A stretch of DNA of 64,000 bases from the human T2T-CHM13v2.0 reference genome, Homo sapiens. A program made the position numbers and the translations under genes. The stretch lies in assembly GCF_009914755.1 (NCBI RefSeq), contig NC_060929.1; one strand, written 5' to 3'. Shown here piece after piece: positions 26,866 through 42,788 of the stretch; the stretch's first letter is position 1; every line of letters starts with the position of its first letter. The notes below the pieces were generated by a model. The model saw only the letters and a list, made by a program, of their open reading frames with translations. It ran no database searches and had not been told where the DNA came from.

Positions 26866-27768
26866 TGCATCCGTCGGCTCACGTGGCCACGGAGCAGCAC
26901 CGTGTTACAGCAAAGCGGTCCTGATCCAGAACCCAAGAGAGGGTTCTTGGATCTCGCACAAGATAGAATTCAGGGGGAGTCCGCAGTCCCATGTGGAAGT
27001 GAGTTTATTAAGAGAGTAACGTGGCGAAAGGACGGCTGCTCCACAGACAGAGCAGGGCATTCCCGAAACTAAGAGGAGAAAGGCGCCCACCTGGGGTACA
27101 ATCCTGGTGTATACGGGGAGATGTGCTCTGCTACGAGCGTTGATGATAAAGAATTAATTTTCTTAATTAGTATATTTTGCAAGAATCAATATTATTTATC
27201 TTTAAGGCAAAATTAGGAATGCCTTTGTTCTCTGGATATCGGGGTATCTGGACTCCCAAGTCTGGGTCTGTTTAGTAAACATTATTTATTTGTTCCTTTA
27301 TCTCTAAACGTCTAGAGGCTGGGAATGCCCGACTCTCTGGGAGTGGAGCCTAGCAAGTCCTAGCCTCGTTTTCCAGCCCTCACTCGAGGTGGAGTCGCTC
27401 TGGTTCCAGCGCCTCTGACGACCGCAGGCTGGGGCTTAGACAGGACATTTATTGCTCAAAGTACAGTCCATGAGGCTGGCGGTCCCAGATCCAGGTGTGG
27501 CAGGGCTACTTCCTCCTGAGGCCTCTCCTTGGCTTCCAGACACCGTCTTCTCCCTGAGTCCTCACCGGGTCGCCCCTCTCTGCGTGTCCGCCTCCTGATC
27601 TCCTGTTCTTACAAGGACACCAGTCACAACGGGCCCACCCTCTTGATCTCATTTAACTGAAATCCTTTCTGTAAAGACCCCATCTCCAAATACCGTCACA
27701 TTCTGAGGTCCTGGGGGTCAGGACTTGAACATTTAAACTTGGAGGCAGGCACAGTCCCACCCATCACA
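26866..27768 (-). mobile_element. MLT1-type MaLR LTR, split by a MER41 insertion
   Basis: MLT1 motifs (ACATTTATTGCTCA..., TCTTACAAGGACACCAGTCA, CTCCAAATAC.GTCACATTCTGAGGT). Confidence 0.75.
26903..27420 (-). mobile_element. MER41-family ERV1 solo LTR
   Basis: TGTTACAG.AAAG.GGTCC.GATCCAGA.CCCAAGAGAGGGTTCTTGGATCTC at one end and GGAGTCGCTCTGGTTC.A.CGCCTCTGAC at the other; 4-bp TSD ACCG on both sides. Confidence 0.85.
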
Positions 27769-30620
27769 GCCCATTGTCCTCCACAGCCCTCCAATCTCAC
27801 TTCGAGTCTTCCCCAAGGGTCAGCACAGGCTCTGCCCTTGTGAGCTTCATGGGAATGAGGGTCAAGGGGGTAATGAGGGCCGGAAGTGATCGGAGGGAGG
27901 CGGGAAGAGGGAGGACCTTGGACTCCGCCCACGGGGTCCCCACCTGGGCATGGCTGTAGGGAGGGGCATCGTGCTGCTCTTGTCCTTACTGGGGGCCAGT
28001 GTCTGAAGGAGGAAGGGATGGGTGGCAGGCACTGCGGGGAGGAGAGGGCTCTCCAGCACTCATATTTTCATCCTTTGACCGTGCTGCCTGGGCACTGAGC
28101 ATAGGAGGATGTCGCTGGCTGGCAGGGCTGTCACCCTCATCGATGGCCCAGTTTCCCAGGAGGAAATGGATGGGATGGCAGGTTTCAGCAGAGAGCACAC
28201 AAGCCCTGCTATTATCTTACAAAAAGCCAGGCCAGCCTCCCACAGCTCTCCATGTGACTTAGCATCAATATTGGGGGTTTTGTAGTTACCTCAGGAAACC
28301 TACTTTTGAACAAATAATAGATTATGTTCTCTGGAACACAGGGGGAGCTAAATGCCTTTTGACAGCCAGCAGCTTATGGAAATAGCCCTTTTCCTGGCAG
28401 AAGAAGTCGGTTCCCCACGGCCGCGCCCGCTGCTTCATCCAGCTTCCCCTCGCTCTGTGCCGACGGGTGCCCGGAGTTCAGCCCCTGGCCTGACTGTTGC
28501 TGTCACTGCCCCCTTGACCACTGCAATGGTGACAGCTGTGATGTACGATTACAAAGCGGGACACAGAGCCCTCCCAGAGCAAGGCAGCTCCCCTGTGGGC
28601 CAAGCGGACCAGGCTACTGGGGGACCCTGGGCTCCTGGGACATGGGGTGCGGGTGCAGACAGGGCCTGAAGTGCTCCTAGGTGCATGCCAGTGGCAGGAA
28701 GCCCCATGTCACAGAGATGTGGCCCAAGCGCTTGACAAGAGACGGCGTCAGATGATGTAAAAGAAACCAATGGACCTAAGTGGGTGCCATCCTGAGCCCC
28801 GCTGGTGGATTAACTCAGTTCCATGCCCACGACTGCCCGAGGTGGAGCGATGGTCATGCCCACTGCACAGATGAGGAGCCGAGGCCAGGAAGGGTTTTGC
28901 CAGATGCCTGGGCTGGGGCCAGGGCTCAGGACCACCCACTGAACTGCCTGCTCGGCCCACCCTGGCAAGTGTGTGCAAGGGCCCGGTGGTGCCGACGAGG
29001 AGGGCCATGGGGAGGAGATGTTGTTGTCCTGAGACTCCCAGCCCCACCTGAGGGGGAAGAGGGTGGGAGAGTAAGGCTGGGAGCCACCCTTGGGGGCTGT
29101 GCATGTGCCCCCTGACATTGGAGGACACAGGCCACGCCACACCTGTGCCACCCAGGGAGTGGGAAGGAAGCACGTGGCCGTGGAGAGGCCAGCAGGTGGC
29201 AGGAAGGGCTGCAAGCCCCCAACCACGGGGTCACACGTAGGGGACCCAGCACCCCATGCAGGAGCTGGGCTGTGCCCTGCATCTGCACAGGCCGGGGCAT
29301 GAACTGGGCATCAGCACCGCCCTCCCATGGGGACGAGGACCCATGCCTGCGTGGTGCAGGAGCTGTGCACTGAGCAGCCCCACGGGCAACTCCAGCCCGC
29401 AGTGCCAGGAGCAGGGCCAGGCCTTGTGGCAGGGGTGCAGGCTGGCTCCTGGCGGTCGCTCAGCTCTCGGGGATAGGTGAGGACGCGTGGAGAGGGGATA
29501 GCATGGGCATCAAGGCCGAGGCACTGGCCCCTCCCAGAATGGCCTCCAGGACCACCCTGCCTGCCCCCGGGTGCCCCGCTGTGCCTGGGGAGGGTAAGGG
29601 TCACTTCGGGTTCACGGCTCCAGGGTCGCCGTCTTGAAATTCTTACCAATTTTATCACTAAGCTTATGTTTTTCAAGCAAGATAGGATGGGCATGGAGCC
29701 CCTGCAAGAGCAAGCCACGGGCGCCCTCCGAGCCCATCGCCGCTCAGAACCTGAACAGAGCACATAAGCAAGGCTCACGGCGACCACAGGGCTGGTCGCA
29801 GCCAGGACGGGGTGAGGAGCTGCAGCCCCAGCCTCGCCTTCCCTTCAAGCCGAGCAGCTTCCAGTGGGAGGAAACGCCAGCGACCGGGCCCCCGTCCTTC
29901 CTCCTCAGGCGGTCCTGTGGAAGGTGCGGTGCTGATGGAACGTGGTGACTGGGAGGTGGCATAAAAGCAGCCACTGTGCTGGTTTTGTGGGACCTCTCCT
30001 CCTTTCTGGGGGTCCCTGAGGACAGGTGCATGTGCGAACTGTGAAACAGAAACTGAGATTTCACCTTCCGGATGAGTTCCATGCTTTCTTTTTTGCATTT
30101 AAAACCGGACAATGTCACATTGGCAAAAATCTAGAGTTTTCTGCCGTCTTAGCTGGAAATGAGCTGCAAGTTTTTCTCAAGATGTAGCGTGTAATCCGTC
30201 AGAGCAAAACACGGAGAGCCCTTAGCAGAAGCCCACTTCAATGTATTTTCTTCATATCCCTGAAGTTCCTTAAAAATAGGTGACGATGTATTGGGAAGAG
30301 GAGAACTGAGAAGTTCCCTTGCAGGTTTTGTATCAGTGACATGTAAATGAGCAATTCACAGATGAGCGCGGGCACAGCTCTGTGTGCTGCGTACATACGG
30401 GCCGGGCTATGATGTCTCACACTGGATGATATTCCACCTTCGGAATTTTAGTGTTTGAATACAGAAAATGGGTTTAATAACTCACTGTGGTTTTGATTTA
30501 TCTTATATTCATCATTTCTTAAAACTCATTTCTTATAAAATTTAAAGTAAAAAAAATAAAACTAGACAATATATGAATGGCAGATCCATGCTAATGATTC
30601 TAATTTTCAGAATTTCTTTA

Positions 30621-30986
<366 letters not shown>

Positions 30987-31906
30987 TTACTACCTTGCAC
31001 AGCACTTTCCCCTGCTTTTTAATGAGGCACTCCACATTTTCACTTTGCACAGTGCCCTGAGTGGGCCAGATGGAGGGACCCTTCTTCTGGGGTCTCACCC
31101 TCATGTGGCTGCTGGTCCACACGGGCCCTGACAGTGGCTCTCGGGGTGATCACAGCCTGAGGCTCCTCCTTTCTCAGGCCCTGGTCACTCAAAGGATTCC
31201 CGGCGGGGTCCCTCCAGTGAACACCCAGCTCCTGCTTCAGAGCATGAGGGGTGTGAGTTTTCCAAAGGTACCAGCTTTGGACAGATGGGGTGAGATGGTG
31301 GCCAAGGGGTCCCTGCAGGGGCCCCTCATGGTCCTGGGGACACCCTGACTCTTCTGGCCGGGTGGAGCACAGCCCCAGCTACCTTTGCACTCTCCAAGGT
31401 CCCAGGGGCACCCAGGCTACTGAGTGTCCCAGACATCCACACGCAGGGATTGGGGGACCAGAAGCTGGGGAGCCCTAGGGGTTTTGAGGGCAGAGGGCAG
31501 GAGGAGGGTGTGGTTAATGGTGTCCAATGCAGGTGCTAAGCCACAGGAGGAGTGGGCTGTGGCGTGGACGATGCAGGTAGCTGTCAGCATCAATGAGATG
31601 TGCAGTGGGCTCATTGGGGGGTGGGGTTTTTTAAGAAAAAAGCCTCGGGGTGTGGCTGCTGGTGGGTCGCCCTGTCAGAGAAGAGAAAGCTGGAGAGGAC
31701 ACAGGGCTGGGGTGGAGGGCAGGTCTGCGGGTTCCAGGGGGCACACTGGAGGGGACACTCAGGGGCTGGAGGCTGTCTTGGGTTGGGACTGAGGCTGGTG
31801 TGGGGTCTTCTGCAGGCTGGGACTCATGGTGGGGCTGGGTTCAGGGGTGGGAAGTTGGAGGGGGATGCTGGGAATATCTGCTGTGACAGTAGAAAATGTA
31901 CATTCA

Positions 31907-32990
<1,084 letters not shown>

Positions 32991-33257
32991 AGCCGTGTCG
33001 TGAATCGAGGAACAGCTTTCCTTTATCCACAAAAAAAGCGAGTTTTCATTCCCTATTCTTAAGTGCGTGGCTCCAGCTTTTGCAATAATTCTAGTCCTTA
33101 TGGTGAGGAGGGTAATGTGAGCGAGGCTGAGAAAGCTCCGGAGGAGTCCACACGGCCATCCTCTTTCTAGTTCAGCAACAAGAGCCAAAATCAGGTTTCC
33201 ACGGAAAGTGACTGGCGTTGGCTCTCCATAGGGAAATGAAAGTAAAAGAAGCAGTTT

Positions 33258-33555
33258 GGCCAGGCGCAGTGGCTCACACCTGTAATCCCAGCACTTCGGG
33301 AGGCTGAGGAGGGCGAATCACCTGAAGTCAGGAGTTTGAGACCAGCCTGGTCAACACGGGGGAAACCCTGTCTCTACTAAAAATACAAAAATTAGCCAGG
33401 CATGGTGGCGGGTGCCTGTAGTCCCAGCTACTCGGAAGGCTGAGGCAGGAGAGTCACTGGAACTGTGGAGGTGGAGGTTGCAAGTGAGCCGAGATCACGC
33501 CACTGCACTCCAGCCTGGGCGACAGAGCAAGACTCTGTCTCAAAAGAAAAAAAAA
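33258..33555 (+). mobile_element. Alu (AluS-like)
   Basis: Full Alu; AGCAGTTTGG on both sides as TSD remnant. Confidence 0.92.
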
Positions 33556-35172
33556 GCAGCAGTTTGGGCCATGCAGTGAGCGCTCTGTGGACCAGTGGAC
33601 TCATCTGCTGGGGTCCAGGCAGCCTGGGCTGCTCCTGGTTCTTCCCTCCTCCCTGCATGCACGGCCCTGCACTGCCCTCCCTGGGGCTGCTGTGGGAGTT
33701 CTCGGGGCTCTCGGTGGTTGTCCCGCTGGCTGGGAAGGGCTGTGGTGTGTTGGGTGCTGCCTACCCTGAAGTACACGAATTAGGGTTGTGCTGTGTTGGG
33801 TGCTGCCCTCCCCAGGGGCTGCTGTGGTGTGGTGCTGGGTGCTGGCTGCCCTCAAGTACATGAATTAAAAGTTGCTTCTCCTCTTGCCAGATGCAGGGAG
33901 GAGGCTGAGCAAAGCCCTAGCTCATTTACGTAGAGACAGACACACAGAATTTTTGCAGGAATTTAATGCACTCTGATTTTTCCGGAGATCTAACAATAGC
34001 GCACATCAAAGTGGGTGGCACTGGGCTCTGTTCAGAACATTCCAGCAACTGGTCACTGCAGCAGCGCACTCACATGGCGGTGGGCGCTCGGGCTGACCTC
34101 ACCTTCTGGAAGGTGCACCTGTGTGCGCAGGCATCCGAGTCCATGTCACGTGCTGGCACGGCAATCGCCATCCTTTCACAACAGGTCACGAAGCCGACTG
34201 ATTTTGAATGGCTGTGTGGGTAATACTGCCCATGACCTTCATTCCAGAGAGCAACAGGCATCAGGAAACGTCTGTCACAACAGGCAGGGCTGGAGCTTGA
34301 CACGGTTGAGAATCCCTGATGCTCAACCCGTATTTTCTGGCTACCAGTTGAAAGAAAGGGTGAGAGGATGCTTGGCTCCGAGCAAGTGGCTGAGAAACGC
34401 AGCCATAACATTCAGCTCCTTCTCACCAAATTCTTTACCCCAAAGAACCCTGGGAGGAAGACACATTTGCTAGGAGCTGGGTACCTGAAATCAAGGTAAG
34501 GAAAGGATGCCAGGTTCTCTCCTCCAAATGGCGCTCTGGGCGTCTCCCCTACAATCAGAGAGGAACGAAACTTACACGAACCTTAAACTTCTGTTAGAGG
34601 TAAAATAGAATAATAATAATAAATCCCAGTTCAGTGAATTCAGGTTAACCGCAAAGCTCATCGGTTTGGAGAGACGAGCTCTGACCTTCGTGAAATTTTG
34701 TGCACAAACAACCTGGAACACTGCTGTGAGAGAGAGGGCTGTGTCCTGGCCAGTGTCGGCCCCACCTGCAGGAAGTGCTTATCTGTTTCATCGGTGAGGT
34801 TTGCTGGCTGGGCTTGGGGAATAATGGGTTCCCACTTTCTCAATTGTCTCCAGGGTTTGGAACACAGGGCTCTGCGCCTCTTTCTTCACTTGCTGTTCCA
34901 CAGAGAAGGTGACCCGAGCTGCACAGTCCAAACCGAAGGACACTTAGTCCCCAACTGGATGAAACAGGGAAGAAGCGAAAGCATCTTCATCTATCGGTCT
35001 CAGTATTTGAAATTTTGCTTTCTAGATAGGCAGACCAACGGAATAGAAGATAAAGTCTACAAATAGAACCAAATATATGTAGAGATTAGGTATACAATGA
35101 GGTGGAAAAAGACGGACTTTTGACAATAAGTTTTTGGGACAGTTGGATAGCCACATAGAAAATGATACAACT

Positions 35173-35615
<443 letters not shown>

Positions 35616-35796
35616 TTAACCTTTAGCTTATTTTCCACACCAGAATAATCCCCAAAGACCAGAGATCTTCATGCGAGAAGGAAGTAAGGTCTGGCTGAAA
35701 ACACAGCTGCAGGATGTCACAGGAGAGGAAAAGGCTTTCTAACCATATCTTATAATTTAGAAGAACAAATACAAGATTGCCAAAATTTATCACTTA

Positions 35797-36135
<339 letters not shown>

Positions 36136-36317
36136 TCAAAATCCTAGCAAGTTATTTTGTGGCTATTGAGAAATGATTCTGAAGTTTACATAGAGAGAGG
36201 AAAGACCCAGCACAACCAACACAAAATTGAAGAACAAAGTCACGGGACTCATGCTGCCCGGCTCCTAGGCTCCTGATGAAGCTGCACTAATCAAAGCAGG
36301 GTGGTGAATGAAAGATG

Positions 36318-36422
36318 GAGGAGGGGGCAGGTAGGGGGTGGATAAGGGGGCGGGTAGGGGGCGGATAAGGGGGCAGGTGGGGCGGATAAGCGGGGGGTGG
36401 GTAGGGGGCGGGTAAGGGGGCA
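36318..36422 (+). repeat. G-rich degenerate tandem repeat inside the L1
   Basis: About nine G4-G6 runs separated by short spacers (GGGGGCGGGTA / GGGGGCGGATAA). Confidence 0.85.
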
Positions 36423-37873
36423 GAGTGCAGAACCCAGAAACAGACCCATGTGGATGCAGTCAGAGGAGCAAAGCCAATTCCATGGGACAAAGAGTCTTTT
36501 CAACAAATGGTGCTGGGACAACAGGACACCCATGTGCAGGAAAGCAAATCCAGACACAGACTTCCCACCCTTCACAAAAACGAACTCAAAATGGATCAGA
36601 CCTCAATGTAAAACACAAAACTATAACGCTCCTAGAAGATAACATAGAATAAAACCCAGATGGCCTTGGGCATGAGATGACGTTTTAGATTCAACATTCA
36701 ACATGCCTGTTGGATCTAAAAGGCATGATCCATGAGAGAAATAATGGATAAGTTGGACTTCATTAATGTGAGAAACTTCTGCTCTGCAAGAGACTCTGTC
36801 AAGAGAAGACAAGCCACAGACTGGGAGAAAATACTTGCAAAAGACTTATCTGATAGAGGACAGTACTGAAAATATGCAAAAAACTCTTAAAACTCAACAA
36901 TAACAAATGGACAATAGATTTTAAAAGTGAGCAAAATACTGGAACGTAAATCTCACCGAAGAAGTTCTGCACATGGCAATACGTGTGTGAGAATGTTCAG
37001 CATCACGCATCATCGGAGAAATGCAAATTACACCAACACTGAGACACCACACACACCTACTAGCATGGCCAAAACCCAGGGACTGGCAACATCAAATGCT
37101 GACAAGGATGCGGAACAGCAGGAACTCTTGTTCATCGCTGGTGGGAATGCAAAATGGGGCCGCCGCTGTGGAAGACAGTTTGGCAGTTTCTCACAAAACT
37201 AGACATGATCTCACCGTACGGTCCAGTAATCATATTCCTCGGTATACACCCAAAGGGACTGAAAACTTCTGTCCGCACAAAACCTGTACATGGGTGTTTA
37301 TAGCAGTTTTATTCATAAGTTTCAAAACCTGGAAGCAACCGAGATGCCCTTCAGTAGGTGAATGGGTAAGCAAGCTGTGGCACATCCAGACAGTGGACTC
37401 AGCACTAAAAGGAAATGAGCTCCCAAACTATGAAAAGGCAGGGAAAGAACTTAAATACTTATCACTGAGTGAAAGTGGCCAATGTGAAAAGGCTACACCC
37501 TGTGGGGTTCCAACTCTAGGACATTTGGGAAACGGCAAAACCATGGAGATGTTAAATAGATCAGTGGTTGTCAGAGGCTGGGGGGAGGGAAGGTTGAACA
37601 AGAGGAGCATAGAGGATTTTTAGGGCAGTGAAACTCCTCTATGTGATGCTATAATTGTAGACACGTGCCGTTAGATATTTGTCCAAACCCTTAGAGAGTA
37701 CAGCACCGAGACTGAGCCTGAATGTAGGCTTCAGGCGCTGGGTGATGACGACAGGGGTCAGTGCAGGAGAATCAGCTGTAACACATGCACCTCTGGTGGG
37801 GAAGTTCATCTTGGGGAGGCTGTAGTTGGGGAGGGGGGCTATAGGAAATCTCTGTACCTTCGTCTTAATTTTA

Positions 37874-38405
<532 letters not shown>

Positions 38406-40867
38406 TCAAGGCAAAAACCCAATTATCTGTTGGAAAAATGGGCAGAAAAAGAAAGGCAATGGGCAGAAAAAGAAAGGCAATGGGCTCTCCCCTGTGAAGA
38501 CACACTCAGCCTCACTTACAGTAAAAGTGCACCACACCCCAGGTCCTCTGCACGCCATTTCCCACCCATCAGATAGTCCGAGAGGCAGACTTCCAACAGC
38601 GCCTCTGCATCCCCAAGGAGATGGGCGGCTCATGGGGCACTGCTGCCTGGGAGGGGAGGTGGCTTTTGTTGGAGGGCCTCCCACTTACCCAGCTACAGCA
38701 ACAAATGTGACATCTGTCCCTGAGATGGCCAGACACGCAGCAAGTGCTCCATGCTGTTCACTGTGGCATCACATGTAGTGGCAAAGGTTTGGAAACACCC
38801 AAATATCAAAGAGCAGAAGGTTTAATAAATAACTGAGACACACCCACAAAATGCATCTGTAAAGAAGAATAAAAAAGGTATCTCTGTGCTGATAGGCAGT
38901 TATCTTCCAGAGGTGGCGTTCTAAGTGCAAGGGAGGCGGGAGAGCGGTGGGGCTTATTTCTTGGTCACAGCCTTGCTGACCAAAGCCGGACCCGGTCCAG
39001 ATGAGGTGAAGTGGAGAAGCTGGCAAAGACCAGCAGATGGTAAGAGGGCAAAACCTGGCTGCCCTTGTTGGTCACTAGCCTAAGACATGCCTACCAGTGC
39101 CATGACAGTTTACAAATGCCATGACAGTTTACGGAAATTACCACTGCTTTTTATGGCAATGACCTGGAAGTTATCACCCCTTTCCTAGAAAGTTCTATAT
39201 AACCTGCCCCTTAATTTGCATTGACCTGTCCCTTAAGTTGCACGTAATTGGAAGCGGGTAGAAGTGGGTATAAATACAGTTGCCAACAACCCATATGCTG
39301 TGGACTCTGGGCACACTGCCTATGAGTCAGCCCCACTCTGCAAGGAACAGTGCTGGTCAATAAAAGTTTGCTGCCTAACACTGCCGGATTGCCCTTGAAT
39401 TCTTTCCTGGGCAAAGCCAAGAAATCTCCTGGGCTAAGCCCCAGTTTTGGCCTGCATCACCTGGCAGCCATGAAGATGAAACAGTGGGGATGGCAGTGGT
39501 GGGTGGAGGGGTGGTGAGACAGCAGAGAGGTGATGGTCCACAGTGGGTAGGACAACTGCCATCTCTCAAAAGAAGTGGTGAGGTGGCAATTGACAAGAAG
39601 GCTGGACGGTGGAGAGGTAGCAAGACGGCAACCAGCCGTCTGGTGACTGGCTACACAGTGACTGGTGAGATGGGAAGAAGCAGCAATCAGAGATGGCGAT
39701 TGGCTCTGCAGCGATCAAAGAAAATCAAAGTCATAGAGCGGCTAGTGCAGCGGAGCTGTAACCTCAGCCAAAGGCTCTCTTCAGAGCCGTCATCTTTCCT
39801 GGTAGGCAGCAGAGCCAAGTGGTTGGGGGAGTGGCCACAGTGCCACCACCACGCATGGGACCCCTGCCCTGGCTGGCAGGTCACCGGTCCATGTGCCAGT
39901 CTCCTCACAGCAGCTGAGCCTGCCCAAGCTGGGGAAACCCTGGGAGGAGACCTTTACCTAGGGATTAAGGTGGAGAATGATCAGCACCATTTTGGCCCCT
40001 GTGGTTGGGTGAGTGTCCTCCCCTCTGCCCACCCCTGCCAATATGAGCCAGGAAATTAGGCCTCTGGCTAGATGGTCAGTTTGAAGTCCCCGTAGCACAC
40101 CTGACCAGCCACATCCTTGTCATTCCTTCTCTCGATCCTTTCTCCTCTAATGCCATTTCATTGCCTGTTGGCCATTTTAATTTCTGCTTTGAAATGTACG
40201 TTTCATCTGCAATTTTTGCTTTGGCTCCCTGCTAACTCTACTTGGGCAGTTACTTAAGGAAGGACACTTGGTTGTGGGAGGTCCCCTGTTGTGCTGACCC
40301 TAGGACAGCAGGGTCATGTTGTTCTGTGGCCCCAGCTTGGCCTTTGGGGTTCACTGTGGGCCACCAGCTAGATGCTCTGGGGTTTTCGACATTGGTGTGG
40401 GGACCCTTGTTGGCTGATACTCGACTGCTCTGGGTTTTTGGCATTTGGGATTGTAGGCCACCCCCAGACGCTCCAGAGTTTTTGGCACTGGTATTCCCTC
40501 TAGGATTGTGGCGTTAGAGGCCACCCTAGGGGAATCTTGGCCTTGCCTTTTCTGGTTTCGTACCGAAAGTTATTTTCTGAAACAGCATTTTCTTATTGTC
40601 ACTTTATCTACACTTTTCCTTCTACGCTTTGCTTAGTAAAAATAGTTGTTTTGTCATATTTTGTTTGCCAGCACTTTTTTAATGACTTGCTACCTTGACT
40701 TATTCCTTCTCTGCAGGACATGGGAATCTGAAAGGGGATGACAGCAAAGGTCCAGCTGCTTCTGCTCTTGCTAGACTTAGAAAAATGCCTGTGCCCAGTA
40801 GAAATCCTTGCTAGACGTAAGGATGATGATGAGCATCCCAGAACACTTGCAGCTGGAGTGTCTTTTA

Positions 40868-41317
40868 TGCTGGCCAGTGTTTGATGTTCTTCAGGGTACT
40901 AGTTCTAGCCCAAGAACAATTGGCATAAAGCTGTGGTTAGACCTGCAGATTTCTGAGCACTGGTCGTGGTAAGAGCCTGGTGGTGTAGACATTAAGGTTG
41001 CTTGGTTTCGATGTTCTGGAATTGCATCTGTTTTCAGGCCCGGTGACGGTACGGCTCATGAACGTAAAACGTCTTCTGACGAAATTAGTATATGAATTGA
41101 TATTTCTATAGGGAAGACTACTCAATTGTCAACTTCATCATAGCTTATAGTAATCAATAGCTTTCCCGGCTTTAGATCTGTTGAGTATGGAAGAGTCAAA
41201 ATTTAAGTCTTCATAATCTGCATATTCATAGCATCAGTATCATCAGTGTCCTGTAGTTTTGATGGTAAGCGAAGGGTTGTTAATTTCATCTTTGATGTAT
41301 AGAATATGTAATAGATG
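40868..41317 (-). pseudogene. NUMT: mitochondrial COX2 (MT-CO2) fragment
   Basis: In the mitochondrial code the minus strand reads [38 protein letters not shown]...[40 protein letters not shown]...[16 protein letters not shown], i.e. the COX2 CuA domain, with frameshifts. Confidence 0.95.
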
Positions 41318-41319
41318 AA

Positions 41320-42490
41320 ATTCGGCTTAAAGAAATTCATTTTCTACTGCAAGACCATTTGGGTCCAACACAAAAATTAGAAAATCAAGAGAACTGGTCT
41401 AAACATGGTTCTACACATTATAATGCTATTTCACAATTGGACTTATTCCATAAAAAAGAAGAAAAGTGGGAGGAGGTCCCGTATGTACAGGCTTTTATGG
41501 CCCTTTACTGGCTCATGTTACTTCCAGGCACCAGGAAGGCACATCTAAGGGAACCCCTCATAGCTGCTCCCCCTAGAAGGCCTGTGCCCTCCTTGGACCC
41601 TCCTCAGTTCCCCAATTCTGAGGGGGGGGTTCAGCCAGCGCAGGATTCCACCCAGGGCCATCAGGCCCCCACCCCCCTTATCCAACTAGCCCCAGCCTAT
41701 ACCCCCAACTGCCAAGAAAGCAGGTCCAACGGGCACGCCCAGAAGCAGGGCCCCATATCAGCCCTTCAAGTCAAACTTGTGTCTGTGGCAAGAGGCAGCT
41801 GACGGAAATGGGGGCACTTGGAGTGCAGGTGCCATTTTCTATGTCTGACTTGGCTTCATGCAAGGAGGCATGTGGCCGGTTTTCAGATAATCCGGGGTTT
41901 TATGGAAGAATCAAGTCTACCATGCTCTTTCACTTGTCGTGACTTACAAGCATTGTTGCTCACTTGCTGTGACGTGAGGGAGAGGCAGAGGGAGACGTGT
42001 GAGATTAAGCCAGTCAGTTATGACAAGGTTAGAGAAATAACTCATGGAAGGATGAAAATCACTGTTTCAAGGTAGTTTGGTTGAGGTACTCGGGAAACGT
42101 ATTGACGCAGGCCCCAACTCCCCAGAAGGGCAAGGTCTCCTGGGTATACATTTTATCCCTGAACCTGCCTCCGACATGAAGAGGAAGCTACAGAAAGCAG
42201 AAACGGGACCTGAAACCCCTATGAGCCAACTCCTAAACATGCCCTTTAAAGTTTGCAACAATACGAACAGGGCAAGAGGTAGAATTAAAAGCAAGATAAA
42301 TAGCCAAAATGTACAATTGCTAACAGTTGCTGTCAGTGCCTTGCCCCTCAGCCTTACCCATCCTGAGAGTGTGTTTTAAGATTGGCATCTGACATGCCCA
42401 GACAAGAGCTCTTGACTTGCTGGCCCCTGGGTCAGAATCAGTGTGCCTACCATAAGCAAAAGGGCCATTGGCAATGAGAATGTCCTAACC
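41320..42490 (+). pseudogene. ERV1 gag remnant (MA/CA/NC)
   Basis: Peptides YNAISQLDLF.KKEEKWEEVPYVQAF, LLGIHFI...ASDMKRKLQK...GPETPMSQLLNM.FKV.NN, and a broken zinc knuckle QCAYHKQKGHWQ*ECP; frameshifted. Confidence 0.85.
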
Positions 42491-42559
42491 CTCCCTGGTG
42501 AGAAAGATAAAAGCTGCCTGTCAATACTAGAGTTAACCTTCTTCTGCTAGTCCCAATGA

Positions 42560-42788
<229 letters not shown>

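Noticed and set aside
26903-27420. MER41 as an interferon-inducible STAT1 enhancer
   Set aside because: I could not find an intact TTCNNNGAA; the expected site reads CTCCCAGAG on the minus strand, and TTCCCGAAA at ~27060 does not fit.
36339-36375. GGATAAGGGGG shared between the G-rich L1 insert and the MER44-derived minisatellite
   Set aside because: Only 11 bp of low-complexity identity and no ACTACTG terminus; most likely coincidence.
37021-37623. 200-aa ORF
   Set aside because: Frameshifted L1 ORF2 C-terminal and 3' UTR remnant, not a gene.
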